Assembly (NCBI GenBank): GCA_010909165.1
Contig: MU008155.1
Span: 1,302,001 to 1,366,000, forward strand
Length of the DNA stretch: 64,000 nt
Source of the DNA: Anthoceros angustus
Taxonomy: Eukaryota; Plantae; Anthocerotophyta
Direction of reading: 5' to 3'
Positions 37,018 through 49,854 of this stretch are shown here, in pieces. Every line of letters begins with the position of its first letter. Positions within the stretch are counted from its first letter, which is position 1. Position numbers and translations under genes: made by a program. The notes beneath the pieces are model-generated. The model searched no databases and was not told the origin of the DNA. It was given only the letters and a program-made list of their open reading frames with translations.

Positions 37018-38190
37018 GTCTCCATTTGAGATGTGCGCAATCCTTTTATCGAAAATCAATATGCGCAATCCTTGTGTTGTTGATAAATATGTGCAATCCT
37101 TGTGTCGAAAATAAATATGCACAATCTTTGTGTTGTTGATAAATATGTGCAAGCCTTGTGTTGTGGTCTCGATTTGAGTTGAAGATATCGATTTGAAATG
37201 CCTTCTGTTGTTGTCTCGATTTTAGTTGAAGATATCAGTTTGAAATGCCTTGTGTCGTTGTTTCGATTTGAGTTGAAGATATCGGTTTGAAATGGGACAG
37301 ACAGCTGTGCTTGCTTTCCTTGTGGAAGGACGGTTGATGATTAAGCTGTGAAAGACAACTGTGCTTACTTTTCTTGTGGAAGGACGGTTGATGATTAAGC
37401 TGTGAAAGATAGCTGTGCTTGCTTTTCTTGTGGAAGGACGGTTGATGATTAAGCTGTGAAAGACAGTTGTGCTTGGTTTTCTTGTGGAAGGATGGTTGAT
37501 GATTAAGCTGTGAAAGACAGCTGTGCTTGCTTTTCTTGTGGAAGGACGGTTGATGATTAAGCTGTGAAGGATGGCTATGATTTAAGATAGACAGCTGTGC
37601 TTGCTTTTCTTGTGGATGTGAAGGATGGCTGATGATTAAGACAGACAGCTGTGCTTGCTTTTCTTGTGAATGTGAAGGACGGTTGATGATTAAGCTATGA
37701 AGGACGGCTGATGATTTAGCTGTGATGCCACAATGCTGGGTGGTCCATGAGATCCTAGTTTGCTTATGTGAGAGCTGCTGGAGAGAAACCTACCATACTT
37801 TATGTGGGACATGAACAATCTACGATACTTGTATGGAAAGAACTTTGTGTCATATCGTGTCTATCTCCATTTGAGATATGCACAATCCTGTTTCAAGCTC
37901 CTTTTGAGTTGATGTTTCTTCATAAATCTGTACAATCCTTGTGTTGTTGTCTCAATTTGAGTTCAAGTTCTCGAATTGTAATGGGACAGACAGCTGTGCT
38001 TGCTTTTCAGAGAGCAGGACGGTCGATGATTAAGTGCTGGACAGCTGATGATTAAGCTGTGATTCGACAATGCTCGGGTCCGTCCCTGGGATCCTAGTTT
38101 GCTTGTGTGAGAGCTGCCGGAGAGAAACCTACCATACCTTATGTGGACCACTTGGATGAACAATCTACCATACTTTGTATGGGAAGAACT
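37018..38190. repeat. Compound minisatellite: 28-bp, 47-bp and 54-bp arrays plus an unexpanded sister block
   Basis: 28-mer about 4-5x (37030-37165), 47-mer 3x (37166-37293), 54-mer GCTGTGCTTGCTTTTCTTGTGGAAGGACGGTTGATGATTAAGCTGTGAAAGACA about 5x plus degenerate copies (37303-37725). Block 37864-38190 has each motif roughly once. Confidence 0.9.
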
Positions 38191-39004
38191 CTCCCATCTC
38201 CAACTCTGGATCAGCCCAAAGTCTAAACGGTACCAGAAAAAGGAAAGGAGAACCGGACCACAAAGGGCGATGAGAACTGGACCCCAAAGGCCAACGAGAA
38301 CAGGGCACTTGGAAAGGATGGCAAGACAAAAGGAGGGGACAAAGAACAGAGCTACATAGACACACGGCCATGCCCACAAGCCTCTATACCTGAGACCCGA
38401 GGAGGCAAGCGAGGCATGACCAAGCCACCAGAAGACATTTATACAACAAATCACGATGTGCCAAGCTTCACCCTTCACCTACGGTATTAGCCCCCGTGTT
38501 AGCACCAATCAAGTGCCTGGAAAATTAGTGTTCAGGCACATCCGTGATGTGAAGTGGATCCTGATAAACGAGGATAGGGAGACAAGAATTAAGGCAGTGA
38601 AGCCGGTGAAGAGCATCAAGCAGCGTGCAAGTGCGGAAACAAATAACGTTCAACATAAAATACATCACATGAGGTGGACAGGGGATTCCAGGCATAAAGG
38701 GGTATTATTGATCAATTAGAAAAAAGCTCGGGTTGGGTCGGACATGGAAAACACACCATAACTTGCGGTGAAACATTAGAAATACCAATCCATATTAGAG
38801 ACCGCAATAATGGACTTCATAGTATCTCTTCAGTGAGAGCTTCAGATGACAACTACAACGGACCTGTCACCATTGGACATTATTACCACCACCACGCCCC
38901 CATTCTGGGCCAAAAACATAGATCTGGGCACCGTCTCGTTGAACCCTGGTTCTGGTGTACAATCGTATTTGAGAAGCCCCCCAAGCTATATCCTCACAAT
39001 ATCC

Positions 39005-41848
39005 TCATGACTGCCCAATGAGACTAGCTATGTTCACATGTGAAGTGCAAAGAAAGCTCCTTAACGCCTTCGTCTGCTGTTGCCCGTAGAATTCAAGCAT
39101 TTGAGCAACAACATCTGCAAGCAACCCAACCAGCATTACCACAACAGTCGTCAGCCTGTAATTCAATTGGCGGTGAAATAAGCAATATCACATGATGAGA
39201 GTGTGCAGAACAGATCTTGTGCAACACAGATCTCATGCAGCCAAATTTTGACAGGTTAGTACTACTACAACAGGTGCTGGACTTCCACTCCTGTATCATA
39301 CTTTCAAACACAAGACAATCTGGAGGCTTCCATAACACAAGCTTCCATCCCTCCCAAGTTACCAGGCCTCACCAGCACGACCTGTAAGGGCCGGCTCTTC
39401 TTAGCTACCGATTAGAGACAAGTTATCTCTCTAATCAGGTACCGTGCAAAAAGCTTTTGGAAGCAATAGGCTGATATCATACAACCTAGAAATCGGAACA
39501 ATACCACCAAGCTCAAATTTTCCAGACAGACGCTGTCCACCAGGCTTCCACATCACGCAGACTACACAATCCACTATAAGATGATTTGTGTGATTCCAGG
39601 CTAGTTGAAGCAAGAAGCATAAGTCAGAGATCCTGGAATCCTGGCCCATGCTACCTAACCCAACTGCTGGGTATTAACGAATTTCAAAATTAACAGATAC
39701 ACCATGTCACGTGAGTTCACCATCTTTACTCTGCTAGGTATGACACTGCAGGCAGGCTATTCCAAGTGGAAAGCCCAAGAGCGAGAGATGCACCAAAGCT
39801 GTCTGGCAGCGTACAGACATGATCCCTGATAGTTCCGTTCACCATCCAAAACAGTGTCAAATGACAAGGTAAAACCATGACTGGGAGTACCTGTCAAAAT
39901 ATCCGGAGTTGTTTGAAACTCAGTCCACCAGGGGATCTTTCCATTTATAAAAGGCAGTTCAATATTTAGAACCTTTGAAGCCAGGAAAGCAGCCCCAGCA
40001 GCTATATGCTCAGGATGGAATTGAAGACAGAGTGTAGTTCGCAACCTGCAAGAAGATCAAGACCAAGAAGGTATTGAGAAATGCTAAATCATGCTGAACT
40101 CTGCACAGCAGCAATGCATCTTAATATCAGCAGCCACTCACCCATCATTGACAAAGTTACAAGCAACTTGCCAAAACGGGCCATGCCCAAGCTCCATTTT
40201 GTTCAACACTGCAAGTAGGGGCTTGTACGGATGATGCACAGTGAGTTCGAAGTCCAAAGTTGTAAGCACCAATTGCTCTCCTCCCAGAACAATCTCTCTT
40301 TGTCTCTCCATCTCCTGCTCAGACAGGCACAGCAGATATTACTCCTGCGTGCAACAGCAACAGGAGAGCATCCTCAAAAATACAAACACAAACACAAATG
40401 TGATTGGATCATCCTTACTCTTTGAAATCTATGCTGAAACATGTTTGGTGGCCAATTGTGGCATAATTCATAAGCCACAAATATCACGTCATTCAATGGA
40501 CGAGCTGTTTCTTCTAGCTTCGCTGCCAAAAACATGCAGCTTGTGGCAATAATCTACAGAGACAATGACCATATCAGAAGAGGGGGCTGATCACAATTTT
40601 GCAAGAATACAATTTGGAAGAAAAATGCTGAGGCCCATGCTGATCACGTACAAATCTGTCATTTGAGGCATGTGATTGCCGCAAGAAAAATCTGTGGCAC
40701 AGTACAATCGCAGTCGCGATAGCTGTCTGCGGCCTGCACATATTCAAATATCTTTGTCAGGAGAAACCTCACAGACTGTTTCCGTAGCTCCCCACTCATG
40801 ACTAGTCTTGACTGTCCAGAGGACATGAATACGTACCCTGTAAGAAAAACTTTTGAGACATCGCTTTCCCCTCATATACAGCATCTCCCTCAGTTCCTAG
40901 TATAAGGCTTCAGCTTGAACAGGCAGGTAGCCAAGGAAGAAGACACAGTTGCAGCTGCTTGCAGTTGACTGATAGGTATACAATCACCAATCGAGGTTCA
41001 CAGATTCTGACAGAAAGGACAAAGTCCTCTCAAGTTGTTTTACGAGGTTTCTTACAATCATGAGCCTTCACGAAGAGGGCACTTGACCTAGGGTCATGAC
41101 TTGTTCAGCTTCCTGCCACTTTAAACATTCGGGATTCTAGGTGAAGCAGAAATGGGGAGGGGGCCCGCCGAGACCTTTCCAGGACGCAAGAAGCAGATAG
41201 CACAGCTATCGGACCTCATCCAGGACCTTGTTCTTTCCACTCAAACTGCAGACTCATATCCGCCTATAGTAATGCTCAACAGAAACACTAACTCACAAGC
41301 CCCAAAAACATGGCGCTAACCCTGCTCCCGCAAAAGGGAGACTCCGCAAGTTACTTCACTACACGAAGGAGTATAGATTCCCCATGCATGTCCAGTACTC
41401 AGATGTCCAACTCTGACGCTCAATGAATGTTTCCAAGAGCTACGAATCCGTGGCAGTAAAGCAGAAGACCAAGCACAGTATAACCACTGCCATTGATTCC
41501 TGACCAGCATGAAATTTAGGGCATAACGTGTGAGTGCATATCTTCGCGCATGACAGCCAGCCAGCCAGTAATGGGTGGATCTCAGAATACTCACAGTTGC
41601 AAGCGCATTCCGAGATTTTGCAGAAAGGTACAGTAAGAGTTCCGCAGATTTATCTCCTTCCGCAAGTCGATTCCGTCCCTTCGCGATGGCGAAAACCTTT
41701 CGATCTTGTCTCTCGGAAAATAGAACCCTGCACTGTCCGTCGAACTGCAGCTTGCGGAGCTGTTGCCATCCGAGCTTGTAGACCCCGCAGAGGGGCATGC
41801 ATTCGCTGTGTCTCGTTCCATTTGCAGAAAATCCCACGTGGTGACCAT
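39005..41848 (-). CDS. CYCT1: Cyclin T1-like protein (P-TEFb cyclin), 6 coding exons, about 302 aa
   Basis: Exons 41848-41595, 40733-40652, 40553-40419, 40314-40142, 40045-39891 and 39114-39005; all introns are GT-AG and in phase (909 nt). Motifs: [88 protein letters not shown]. The start could instead be the ATG at 41821, and an alternative last exon is not excluded. Confidence 0.93.
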
Positions 41849-43020
41849 CCTGTAAACGGAGACAAGGAAAGACCTATCTCAGCCACCTAACCCACACTCT
41901 GCGGCACAAGCACGGAAGCCTAAAAACAGCCCACAGCGTTGCAAGCTTTCAAGAGCACATCCTGACACAGAAGATTCACACACCGGGTGCCTGGATTCAA
42001 AAGCACCGGGACGACATCGCAAACACCAGCCGGAGGACGATAGATCTGACAACGCCGTCAGGGTTATGGAAGCTGTTGGCAGCAACGCTACTTCCAAAGA
42101 AGCGCTATTCCCAGTTTCGATGGTTGGTCGCAGGGGGACAGACTTCCAACAACCCGCACCGGCCCCCGCCAGCTCTTCTCCAGTGCTGTGAGAAGCTATA
42201 CCCAAAAATATAGTTCAGCCCTCAGCTGTGGGGATACAGCGACTGCTAACTGGCTACACAACCCCGTGACTAGTCCTTGGCAGCCACCGCAGCCGAAAGG
42301 ACAAGGGAAAGGGAAAGGAAAAGGAGTCGACGACAATACTCCGGCAACAAGCCCTTTGCACTTCTTGCCAAACGATGGCCACAATATGGCCCACGCCTTG
42401 GGTCCTTGGGTTTGGAGAACACAAGAACTGCAGTTTCCTAATTCGTCGCCGTATACCCTAGTAGATACATTTACATACCTAGTCGGTACCCCGACTACCC
42501 ACATAGGTACGCGGTAAGTGACATTATTAGGTGAGCCCTACTTTTTCTTTTAGAGGAATTTATACAATACTTTATAAATGGATGTGATCGTACAACTCAC
42601 AAGAGCAAAAACATGGGTGAGAGATAGTCTGCAAATCGAGCAAGGGGCCGAGCAGGCTGGGCCGTCACATCGCAGCGAGTACACATCACAGAAATATGAA
42701 CAAAGTGACAGCCCCCAAGGAGCCCCTTACTCAAGCTCCCCCAACCACCTCACACTTCATATCATACAATTTTTGCTAAGCATACCACCGAGACACTCCA
42801 CCATTTGTGGCAGACATAAAAACGGACAGTGATGGCACCACAAGGCCAGGATCCTCCTTCGCTCGGCTCCATCCCCCTCCATGCACAGCCAGAATCTTCT
42901 CTCATGAGTGTCCTTGGGAAGAGAAATCAAGAGACCAACGTTTTGCCAATCCCTCGATTTGGATCGCTTCGGTTTATCTTTAAGCATTCCAATAGCACTG
43001 AAAAGTACATACGCCCAAAT

Positions 43021-43715
43021 CTAGCAGAGTAGCTTGTTGCACGTTGCAAGATCATCTCCGTTGAAAATCACGGCCGTCCATTGGACACAAAGGACATGAA
43101 TGGTTGTGGCACGAAGCACAGGCCACCATTGTTTTGATAGCCAGGATTTTCCAGAATCACCATCCAATCCAAAGAGCACAGTGAACTTAGATATAGTCAG
43201 ATTCATGTCCGTCATGATCTTACGAATCCATGAGAGGATCTCGCAACTGCACTTTTGTGCAAGGGGGCACCTGTAAAAGATATGCTCACTGGTATGCTCT
43301 TGTCCCGAGCCGCAAATAGTGCAGGAGGGGCAGCCCATAGCTTCAAAGAAACCATTCCATCTATCCGAGTTTGGAAGAGCATTGCGTAATATTTGCTAGA
43401 GAGTGCACCTATGTCGTTCTAGCACGCCTCGGCTTTTCCAAACCAGCCTGAGGATACGAGAATGGAGAGCGGATCTAACTTGATACTTTGCAGTAATTTT
43501 ATGAAACTCTTGCGGCATAGAGTCAGCCACTAGAAGTCTGTAAATGAATGAGGTCGAATCGTTGAGAAATGACTTCGAAGCAATGGTTTCATCCCCCTGA
43601 AAATTATTCCACCATCTCCACCTGCTAGTTTGAATTCGACAGAAGAAGGAGGCCGAACCATCCCATCAAAACTTGAAGCCCCCCCATTCGGTCGCAGTGC
43701 AGAGCAGTTTGTTAG
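43021..43715 (-). pseudogene. L1-type LINE ORF2 3' fragment (zf-RVT region)
   Basis: LRLVWKSRG...ILRNALPNSDRW..CPSCTICGSGQEHTSEHIFYRCPLA matches the LINE C-terminal CCHC zinc finger pattern. Confidence 0.8.
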
Positions 43716-43719
43716 CAAG

Positions 43720-44028
43720 TGTGGACAAGGGACGGATGCTTTGACTCCCTTTCATATCGATTAGTAAGGGTTTTTGTCTTTTTGTGAGGATTTGTGTGAG
43801 AAATAAGGAATACAAATGGATAATAAGGCCTATCGGTTACGCAGGCAGGGTGGCAACTCCGCTGTAGGCAAGGTCCGAAGGAGCTCCGGAGGACGGTCGC
43901 AAATATCAAGGAAGGCAGGGTTCAGAGCAGTTCCGAAGGAGGACTAGAGCAAGTTCGGAGGGGGGAGGTCGTGTGTGGAAAAGGAAGGTAAGTCCGACGG
44001 AGTGGCTCATAATTATGAAAGGATAACA
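43720..44028. repeat. Short LTR-like repeat (TG...CA), related to 57943-58161
   Basis: Both copies start TGTGGACAAGGGACG, share GTGAGGATTTGTGTGAGAAAT and GGATAATAAGGCCTAT, and end AATTAY..AAGG..AACA. No TSD, PBS or PPT was found. Confidence 0.6.
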
Positions 44029-44417
44029 CGAGTGAAGAATTTATGTGTATAAATGTAGATCAATTATTCATTTAATAATTCCATTGTTGGATCAAGAAAA
44101 GAAGTAAATTGCTTATGCAAAAAGACAACTAAAACTAGAGTTGAAACGTTGTAACCATTCATTTAGAGACGTAACCCTAATGAAACGACACTATATGGTT
44201 AACCCTAACTCAACATATCTTAAATATGTATGAACCAACTAAACCCTTAAACCCTAATCATGATATCAACACTATCTATCATTACTCCCACTTGTTGATC
44301 ATGGTTCAAGGACAGTCCCCACGACTGTGAGCTGCTTGTGAGACTGTGGTGTTGAGCTCCGGATTCCCCAAGCTCCATAGCGGCATCTTGTAGCGTAGAG
44401 CCTTACGCTCTAGCTTC

Positions 44418-44947
44418 ATGACATTTCCGGACACCATGGAGTATTGTACTAGTGTGAAGCCACCCGAGTACAAGTGCGCTCCACTTATAATTCTTCTTTA
44501 CGCCATGAGTCTTGCTTGTATTGAGCATCTCGAGAGGAAGCTAGCTATGATCGAGAATATGTCTTCTTTATCTGAGGATGTCCCTCCCAAGCGCCGGTGC
44601 CAGGAACGCGATTCCCTAGGCCGGTTGTCCTCTATTGGAGCAGCTGCCTATAACAAAGGGAAGGCAACAGACTTCGGAGGTGCTGAGAAAACTGGCAAGC
44701 GCAAACCTGGAAGGCCAAGGGGCACCACTAAGGAGGTCTTGCAGCGCCGTAAAGAGGCTGCTGCAGCTGCCCTAAAAGGCTCCATGGGCGGCCCTTCTGC
44801 ACGGACGAGGCTAACCCATCTGAGGATCCTAGCTTTCCTAAGCCTGCCAACCTGTTCAAGGAGACCCAAATTGTGACATACGGATCCACCAAGCATCCTC
44901 ACAGCCCCTTGTGGTATAGGGTTTACATCGGCAGCACCAAGGCAGTG
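44418..44947 (+). pseudogene. AT-hook-containing ORF, 5' part, interrupted by the TIR element
   Basis: KRKPGRPRGTTK. The frame reads GSTKAV|MKRVRVEAFG across the reconstructed empty site that joins 44947 to 57099. Confidence 0.5.
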
Positions 44948-46199
44948 AACAAGGTCTCCTAAGAAGTGGAGACGACTCCTCGTCTCTAATTTTGAGGGTG
45001 TGAAATTTGGGGTTTGACGATGGAAAACCGTGCTTTGTCACGTTTTCAAAACTTTGGCCAAAAGCTTAAGTGTGAAAGTCCGAAGTTTAGAATGAAACCG
45101 TGTATTTTTAGGGTTTTCCCTGGGTAACATAATCCTCTAATTATCCACAAAAAAATGGTTACATTCGAAGATGGAAACCACATGTAATATGCCATGTAGT
45201 CATATGGACATCATGAATTTCAAAATGATGACATAAACGGTTTGAAGGGTTGCATGTATGAATGGTAAATAAAAAATGGTGGATGCCGCATCTAATTCTA
45301 TGGTGGATATCCGGTGAACGCGGCTTCATCGTGAACCGACTCAGTACACAAGTCAAGTGTTGGGTTCGGATAGTGCCTCATTTCTATGTTGCGAAACATG
45401 ACATGCACAGGCATGCGGCTTGCATTCTCCAGCGTGCTCTCAAAGTCCCCCCAGGCACCAACGTTTGGATGTGTTGAGCGTCATTTTTAACCTCACACGC
45501 TTAGCATAATCCATGCCCATTGGCTAACCTAATCGGCTACAATGTTGCGTATGGTGGCCAGGCGAGGCGGTATGACATATCCTGATCTGAGGCCCGTGGT
45601 TATGTCATCGGACATGCTCAATGCTTGATGCGTATATAGCCAGTGGCGACGATCACGGTAGTTTTGTATACATGATGACAATGTCTGCGGAATGTGGAGG
45701 AGTTTGACGATCGGCGATTTCGCTATTTTACGGTTATGCGGCGGGGCGAGTTCTTATTGCAAGGGTGATCATGGGCCCGCTATGGTAGCATCACGCCTCA
45801 ACATTCAATGGCGACAAAGAACAAAGCGCAAAATCGTATGCTTGCAATCCGGTGAAAACAAACACGAGAACATGCACTCGGGTTGAGGGTCATCACCGAG
45901 GACACAACGGACAAAGATAGCTCATCCGGCCTCAACAGTTGTCGGTGTTTGTGCTCACCGGTGCGGACACCTCTCCATGCGTCTGTGATCTGAGTCGAAC
46001 ACAAAACAGTTGCGGGCATTACCAATGCCCCACCTGATCAGAGATTCACAACATTAGTTCATATGCCCCGGGTTTTTCCGGCGCTATCCATGGTAGGGGG
46101 TGAACCAATGGATCATAGTCCTTAGTGGTCGTGTCAAGGAAGGTGACCTTGTCGCCGCCCCAGGCACTATGTTCACATGCCCAAACTTCGCCACTGTGC

Positions 46200-48300
46200 C
46201 CCAGGCTCCCTATTACCTTTGTCAACTATCGCCACAGCCTGAAGACATGGAAGGATCATCACACCTCAGGTGTAGAATGCTTTCCGATTGCGTGGCGCTT
46301 GAGATCCACAAAACTTGACTCCTCCACATTGTTCATCATCGGTTCTTTGGTGAGCGTCTTAGGCCCGTAGCCTTCAACCTCTCCCAACTCTTCCTCCTCG
46401 CTTGGCATTCTCTAAAGTATTGAGACGGAGGTCCATGAATTGAGCTGGCCGGGATCTCGTCTCACGATATCACGTTGCGTCCGCGCGAGGCGGCTACCAT
46501 ACGATCCGAGCGCACACCCCGGGACCCACTCGCCTTCCACGTATGCGGCTCCATCAACTTCCTCAACAACGATGAAGCACGGTATGGAAACTACCTATCA
46601 TCTGGCGTGTTATAACACGACTTATGTTCCTGACCTTCTCCTCAAAGCGGGTTGTCAACCACATGCCATCATTCATAACGATTTGAAGGCTGCGGTGAAA
46701 TGTTGGCACACAATCACCTTCAACGATCCGGCCCGTGGTGATATAATCCCTGCATACGACATGCTTGCAACGCTTTCACATTAGTTTTGTGCCGGAAGCC
46801 AGTGACACTCCTTTACAAGCTGCAAGCAAAACCTCCGTACCATGGACATGTCATCGGGGAATGAAATACCACGGCCGAAATACCTCGATGTCGTGATGCC
46901 TGGAATTGCAATATGATATTTTCAAACTCATCGCGGTGAATCGTGTCATACTCCTTGGAGTTGGCATCCAGATGCAACCCTCGTGGCAAGTCCAATAGGA
47001 GCAGGGCAAGCAGGGGGGTTCCAGCGAGCCATTCTCACGATGTTACCACATATTATTCCTATCACTGCATGATCTCCGGAAGCATCTCGATCGTCTTCAA
47101 CTTATCGGGGTGGAGGTCTCCGGCATCGCTGCTCATCATCGCCATAATCTTCCATGCTTTGGCCTTCAACACATGTTCCTTGAAACTCTCAGGGGTACTC
47201 CACGTTAGGCAAGCATTGGCTCGGCGCACCAAGGCAAAACCATCAACCATGAGTGTTCATGGGCATATGGATGTACATGGGCATAGCGTTCGGTCGAAAA
47301 ACAAATCGGATGCCACATTCTTAGAAATCAAACATGAAACAAGCAGTCCGGTGTGGACATTCCATACTTGCTCGGGTTCACACTTACCATATTTTTGGAA
47401 AGGTTGGAAGTTGCTTGATTTGGTCCACAGTCTTTGTATTGAGGATACCGCTCCTAACACGCTCAAGCGTCTAGCAATTCGGGGTTCTTCAAGTGTGGCG
47501 TGAATGAGGTTGATTTTTTGGCTTTCTCCACCCAATCCACATTTGCCGTAAACTCATTTCCCAGACAAGACCTTCATGCATCTTGTCTTCAAATTGTTGT
47601 TGCTGCCGAATATTCAATCCCTTGAAAGCACTTCCACACTCTCAGCATCCGCATCTTTAACCTCTATGACTACAAGGTCTCGCCACGGTGATTGGCCTTG
47701 TCTTCCTCACAGCCTTTGTTTGTTTGGCGGCTAGGGCTCGGGCCGCATCTATTTGTTCGAGTAGCGCTTACATTCCCACTTCTCAAATATCTCGTCACAT
47801 ACCTCCACACTTCTTCATCAACCTTCGCCATGATAATCAAGTGTCTGTTGTCCACGGTCGGTGATCGAACCTTGGGGCCATGCTGCGCATCCCACTTGGG
47901 GATCTGCCTGGCGGGCATATACATCCGACTTCGTCTACATCGCACTTCAAGCCCTTCTCTCCGCATCAACTCACTTACGATGTACGTACCTGTCCATGAA
48001 GGTGAATGTCTTCGGCATCTGCGATGGTGTTGTGGTCTCTCGATCCTCATCTCGTCCTCGTGAGTCCGGCTAGCTATGCATCCATCCACTTGAACTCTTC
48101 CTTGGGTATGGATCGAGCGGGACCTTGCACGGAAGGAATGGTTCCCTCCCAAAACGAAGAAATTGTAAAGCCCTCATCCACCTTCTCAACGTCAAAGTTC
48201 TCTTTGTGAGGACATGCGGTCGACAACCACAACCATTGGCGGCACACTACCCATGGGCGTGTTTCATCTTCGCATCAAAGCCTCTACCCGAGATCCGGCT
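46200..48300 (-). pseudogene. MULE (MuDR/FAR1-like) DDE transposase with C-terminal SWIM finger, heavily frameshifted
   Basis: In order across frames: VVVVD (~48230), EEFKWM (~48090), MPKTFTFMD (~48005), FALVRR..STPESFKEHVLK (~47180), FACSCKG...KRCKHVVC (46755-46830, two 1-bp corrections needed). Order and spacing fit MULE D-D-E-SWIM. Confidence 0.6.
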
Positions 48301-49233
48301 TCCTCACCTTAGGCGCCTCACAGATCTTGAGTGTCTGCTGCAGATTGGCAACTTCAAGGTAGACTCCCGGACTCTCTTGATAGCAATACCGTCCCTTTCG
48401 GCGTCCCGACTTGCATCCTTTTATGGCGTGAGCCTATCATCGTCGATGGCGACGCATCTTAGCTCTCTCCACAAACCTTGGCGTGGTGGATCCTCTTCCT
48501 CCTCCTCCTCCACAATTCGGCTTCTCCCGTTGCCACAGGTTTCTTGGCTTTCTGCTACCGCCTGTCCTTTTAATGTGTTTGCCATCTGCGGGCCTCTCCT
48601 CTTTCCCCTTTCTTCAAATTTCCCAGTGCCTGCTGCACCCTGCGATCGAGCAGCCCGGGCGTGAACCATCACGTACCGGGGATAATATCCGGTCATCCTC
48701 CATCGACCTCTTCTTCAAGTTCTCCTCCTCCTCTTCCGAGCCACCTTGACTTCCTCCAAGCTGCGCATCTTCGTCCTCCACAATGGTAGAATGCCATCAA
48801 AAGCCCTCGGTGTCCTCAGTTGTCTGGGCGTCCTCCTCACACCGTCAGACTACCTTCGAGTAAAATGGAAGTGGCTCACCAAGTCAGCCCGCAGTGAAAC
48901 AGCAGGACGTCGGTGCGGCGGTAGTATCATGGACACCAGCAGGCGGCGGAAACAGGCGAGGAAGGTGCTGGATCCCCATCGATGTGGTATTGAAGAAGCA
49001 TTGGGATGCCTCTTGCGCAGCGATGTCGGGTTGCTTAGCAAACCTTGGGGTTATACTTTGCATTGTTGGTTGGACAACATGCTTCCTATGATGCATTTGT
49101 TCCTTCATGCAATGCTTGGTTGCTTCCCAGAGATGCATTGGCCGGGACGGCGCTAAGTTGGCCCCCGGACACTCCTACTCTCGACCTTTGGGTTCAATCG
49201 GACCCGGACACCGAACCAAGTTACTGATTCCTT

Positions 49234-49854
49234 CTAAGCAAATTTGGTGCAACACTTTGTGGAACACTTTGTGTCCATCATTCGCAACCCACCAGCAGTT
49301 CCTCTCTCACACTTTCGGTGGCAATACGGGTCAAAAGTCCGGATCGCGGTGAGTATACTCGGACGGCGTGGGGTCGAGCTTGAGATGTCACGGTCTTGAG
49401 TGCGGAGGAAAATTACGTACCCTTGGTCATCCTTCTCCACAAATGCGTGAACAAAAGCGGCACCAAGACGGGAGACTTTATACTTGAGTACGCTGCATCC
49501 AAGATGTCTGATATGCAATATGTCCAGCAGGTTCATAGACCAATTCATCCATATCAAAGGAGAGTGTTCCGGGAACATCTTTACGATCATGTCGATTTCC
49601 GCTTGTATGGACTTTGGAATGATGTTGCGTCGGTGGCAGGTAGTGTGTCGCGGGGTCAAAGTTGTCGCGCTCTGGGTCTTGGAGGTCTTCGGGTCCGAAC
49701 TCGTCACAATGTCCAGGGGCCTCTGCGAATCACCGGCCTTCCGCCGTGCCCGTTTCTTCTCAGCCGCGAGCACAGCGTCTGGCTCAGCACCTTTACTCCG
49801 CTTCTTGGTCTGAGGTGTCATCTCCAAAAAACAAACCAAGTAGCAATGAGGCAT
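49234..49854 (-). CDS. Hypothetical protein in the TIR element (possibly the N-terminal part of the transposase gene)
   Basis: 206-aa ORF with a basic NLS-like start (KKRSK..EKKRARRK). Same strand as, and upstream of, the DDE region. Confidence 0.4.
   Translation of the reverse strand: MPHCYLVCFLEMTPQTKKRSKGAEPDAVLAAEKKRARRKAGDSQRPLDIVTSSDPKTSKTQSATTLTPRHTTCHRRNIIPKSIQAEIDMIVKMFPEHSPLIWMNWSMNLLDILHIRHLGCSVLKYKVSRLGAAFVHAFVEKDDQGYVIFLRTQDRDISSSTPRRPSILTAIRTFDPYCHRKCERGTAGGLRMMDTKCSTKCCTKFA

Noticed and set aside
37290-37730. CRISPR-like regular repeats
   Set aside because: Units are head-to-tail with no unique spacers, there are no cas genes, and the context is eukaryotic.
41879-42517. ORFs upstream of cyclin T as additional coding exons
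   Set aside because: No cyclin-like or other recognisable content; more likely 5' UTR intron or promoter.
44160-44260. Telomere-like AACCCTAA motifs (also 26315-26385)
   Set aside because: They are scattered single units, not tandem (TTTAGGG)n tracts.
47820-47920. KDZ/Zisupton-like motif (IPKWDAQH...HGEG..EEVW across frames)
   Set aside because: It needs several indels, and the wider motif order with a C-terminal SWIM fits MULE better. An HMM test is needed to exclude it fully.
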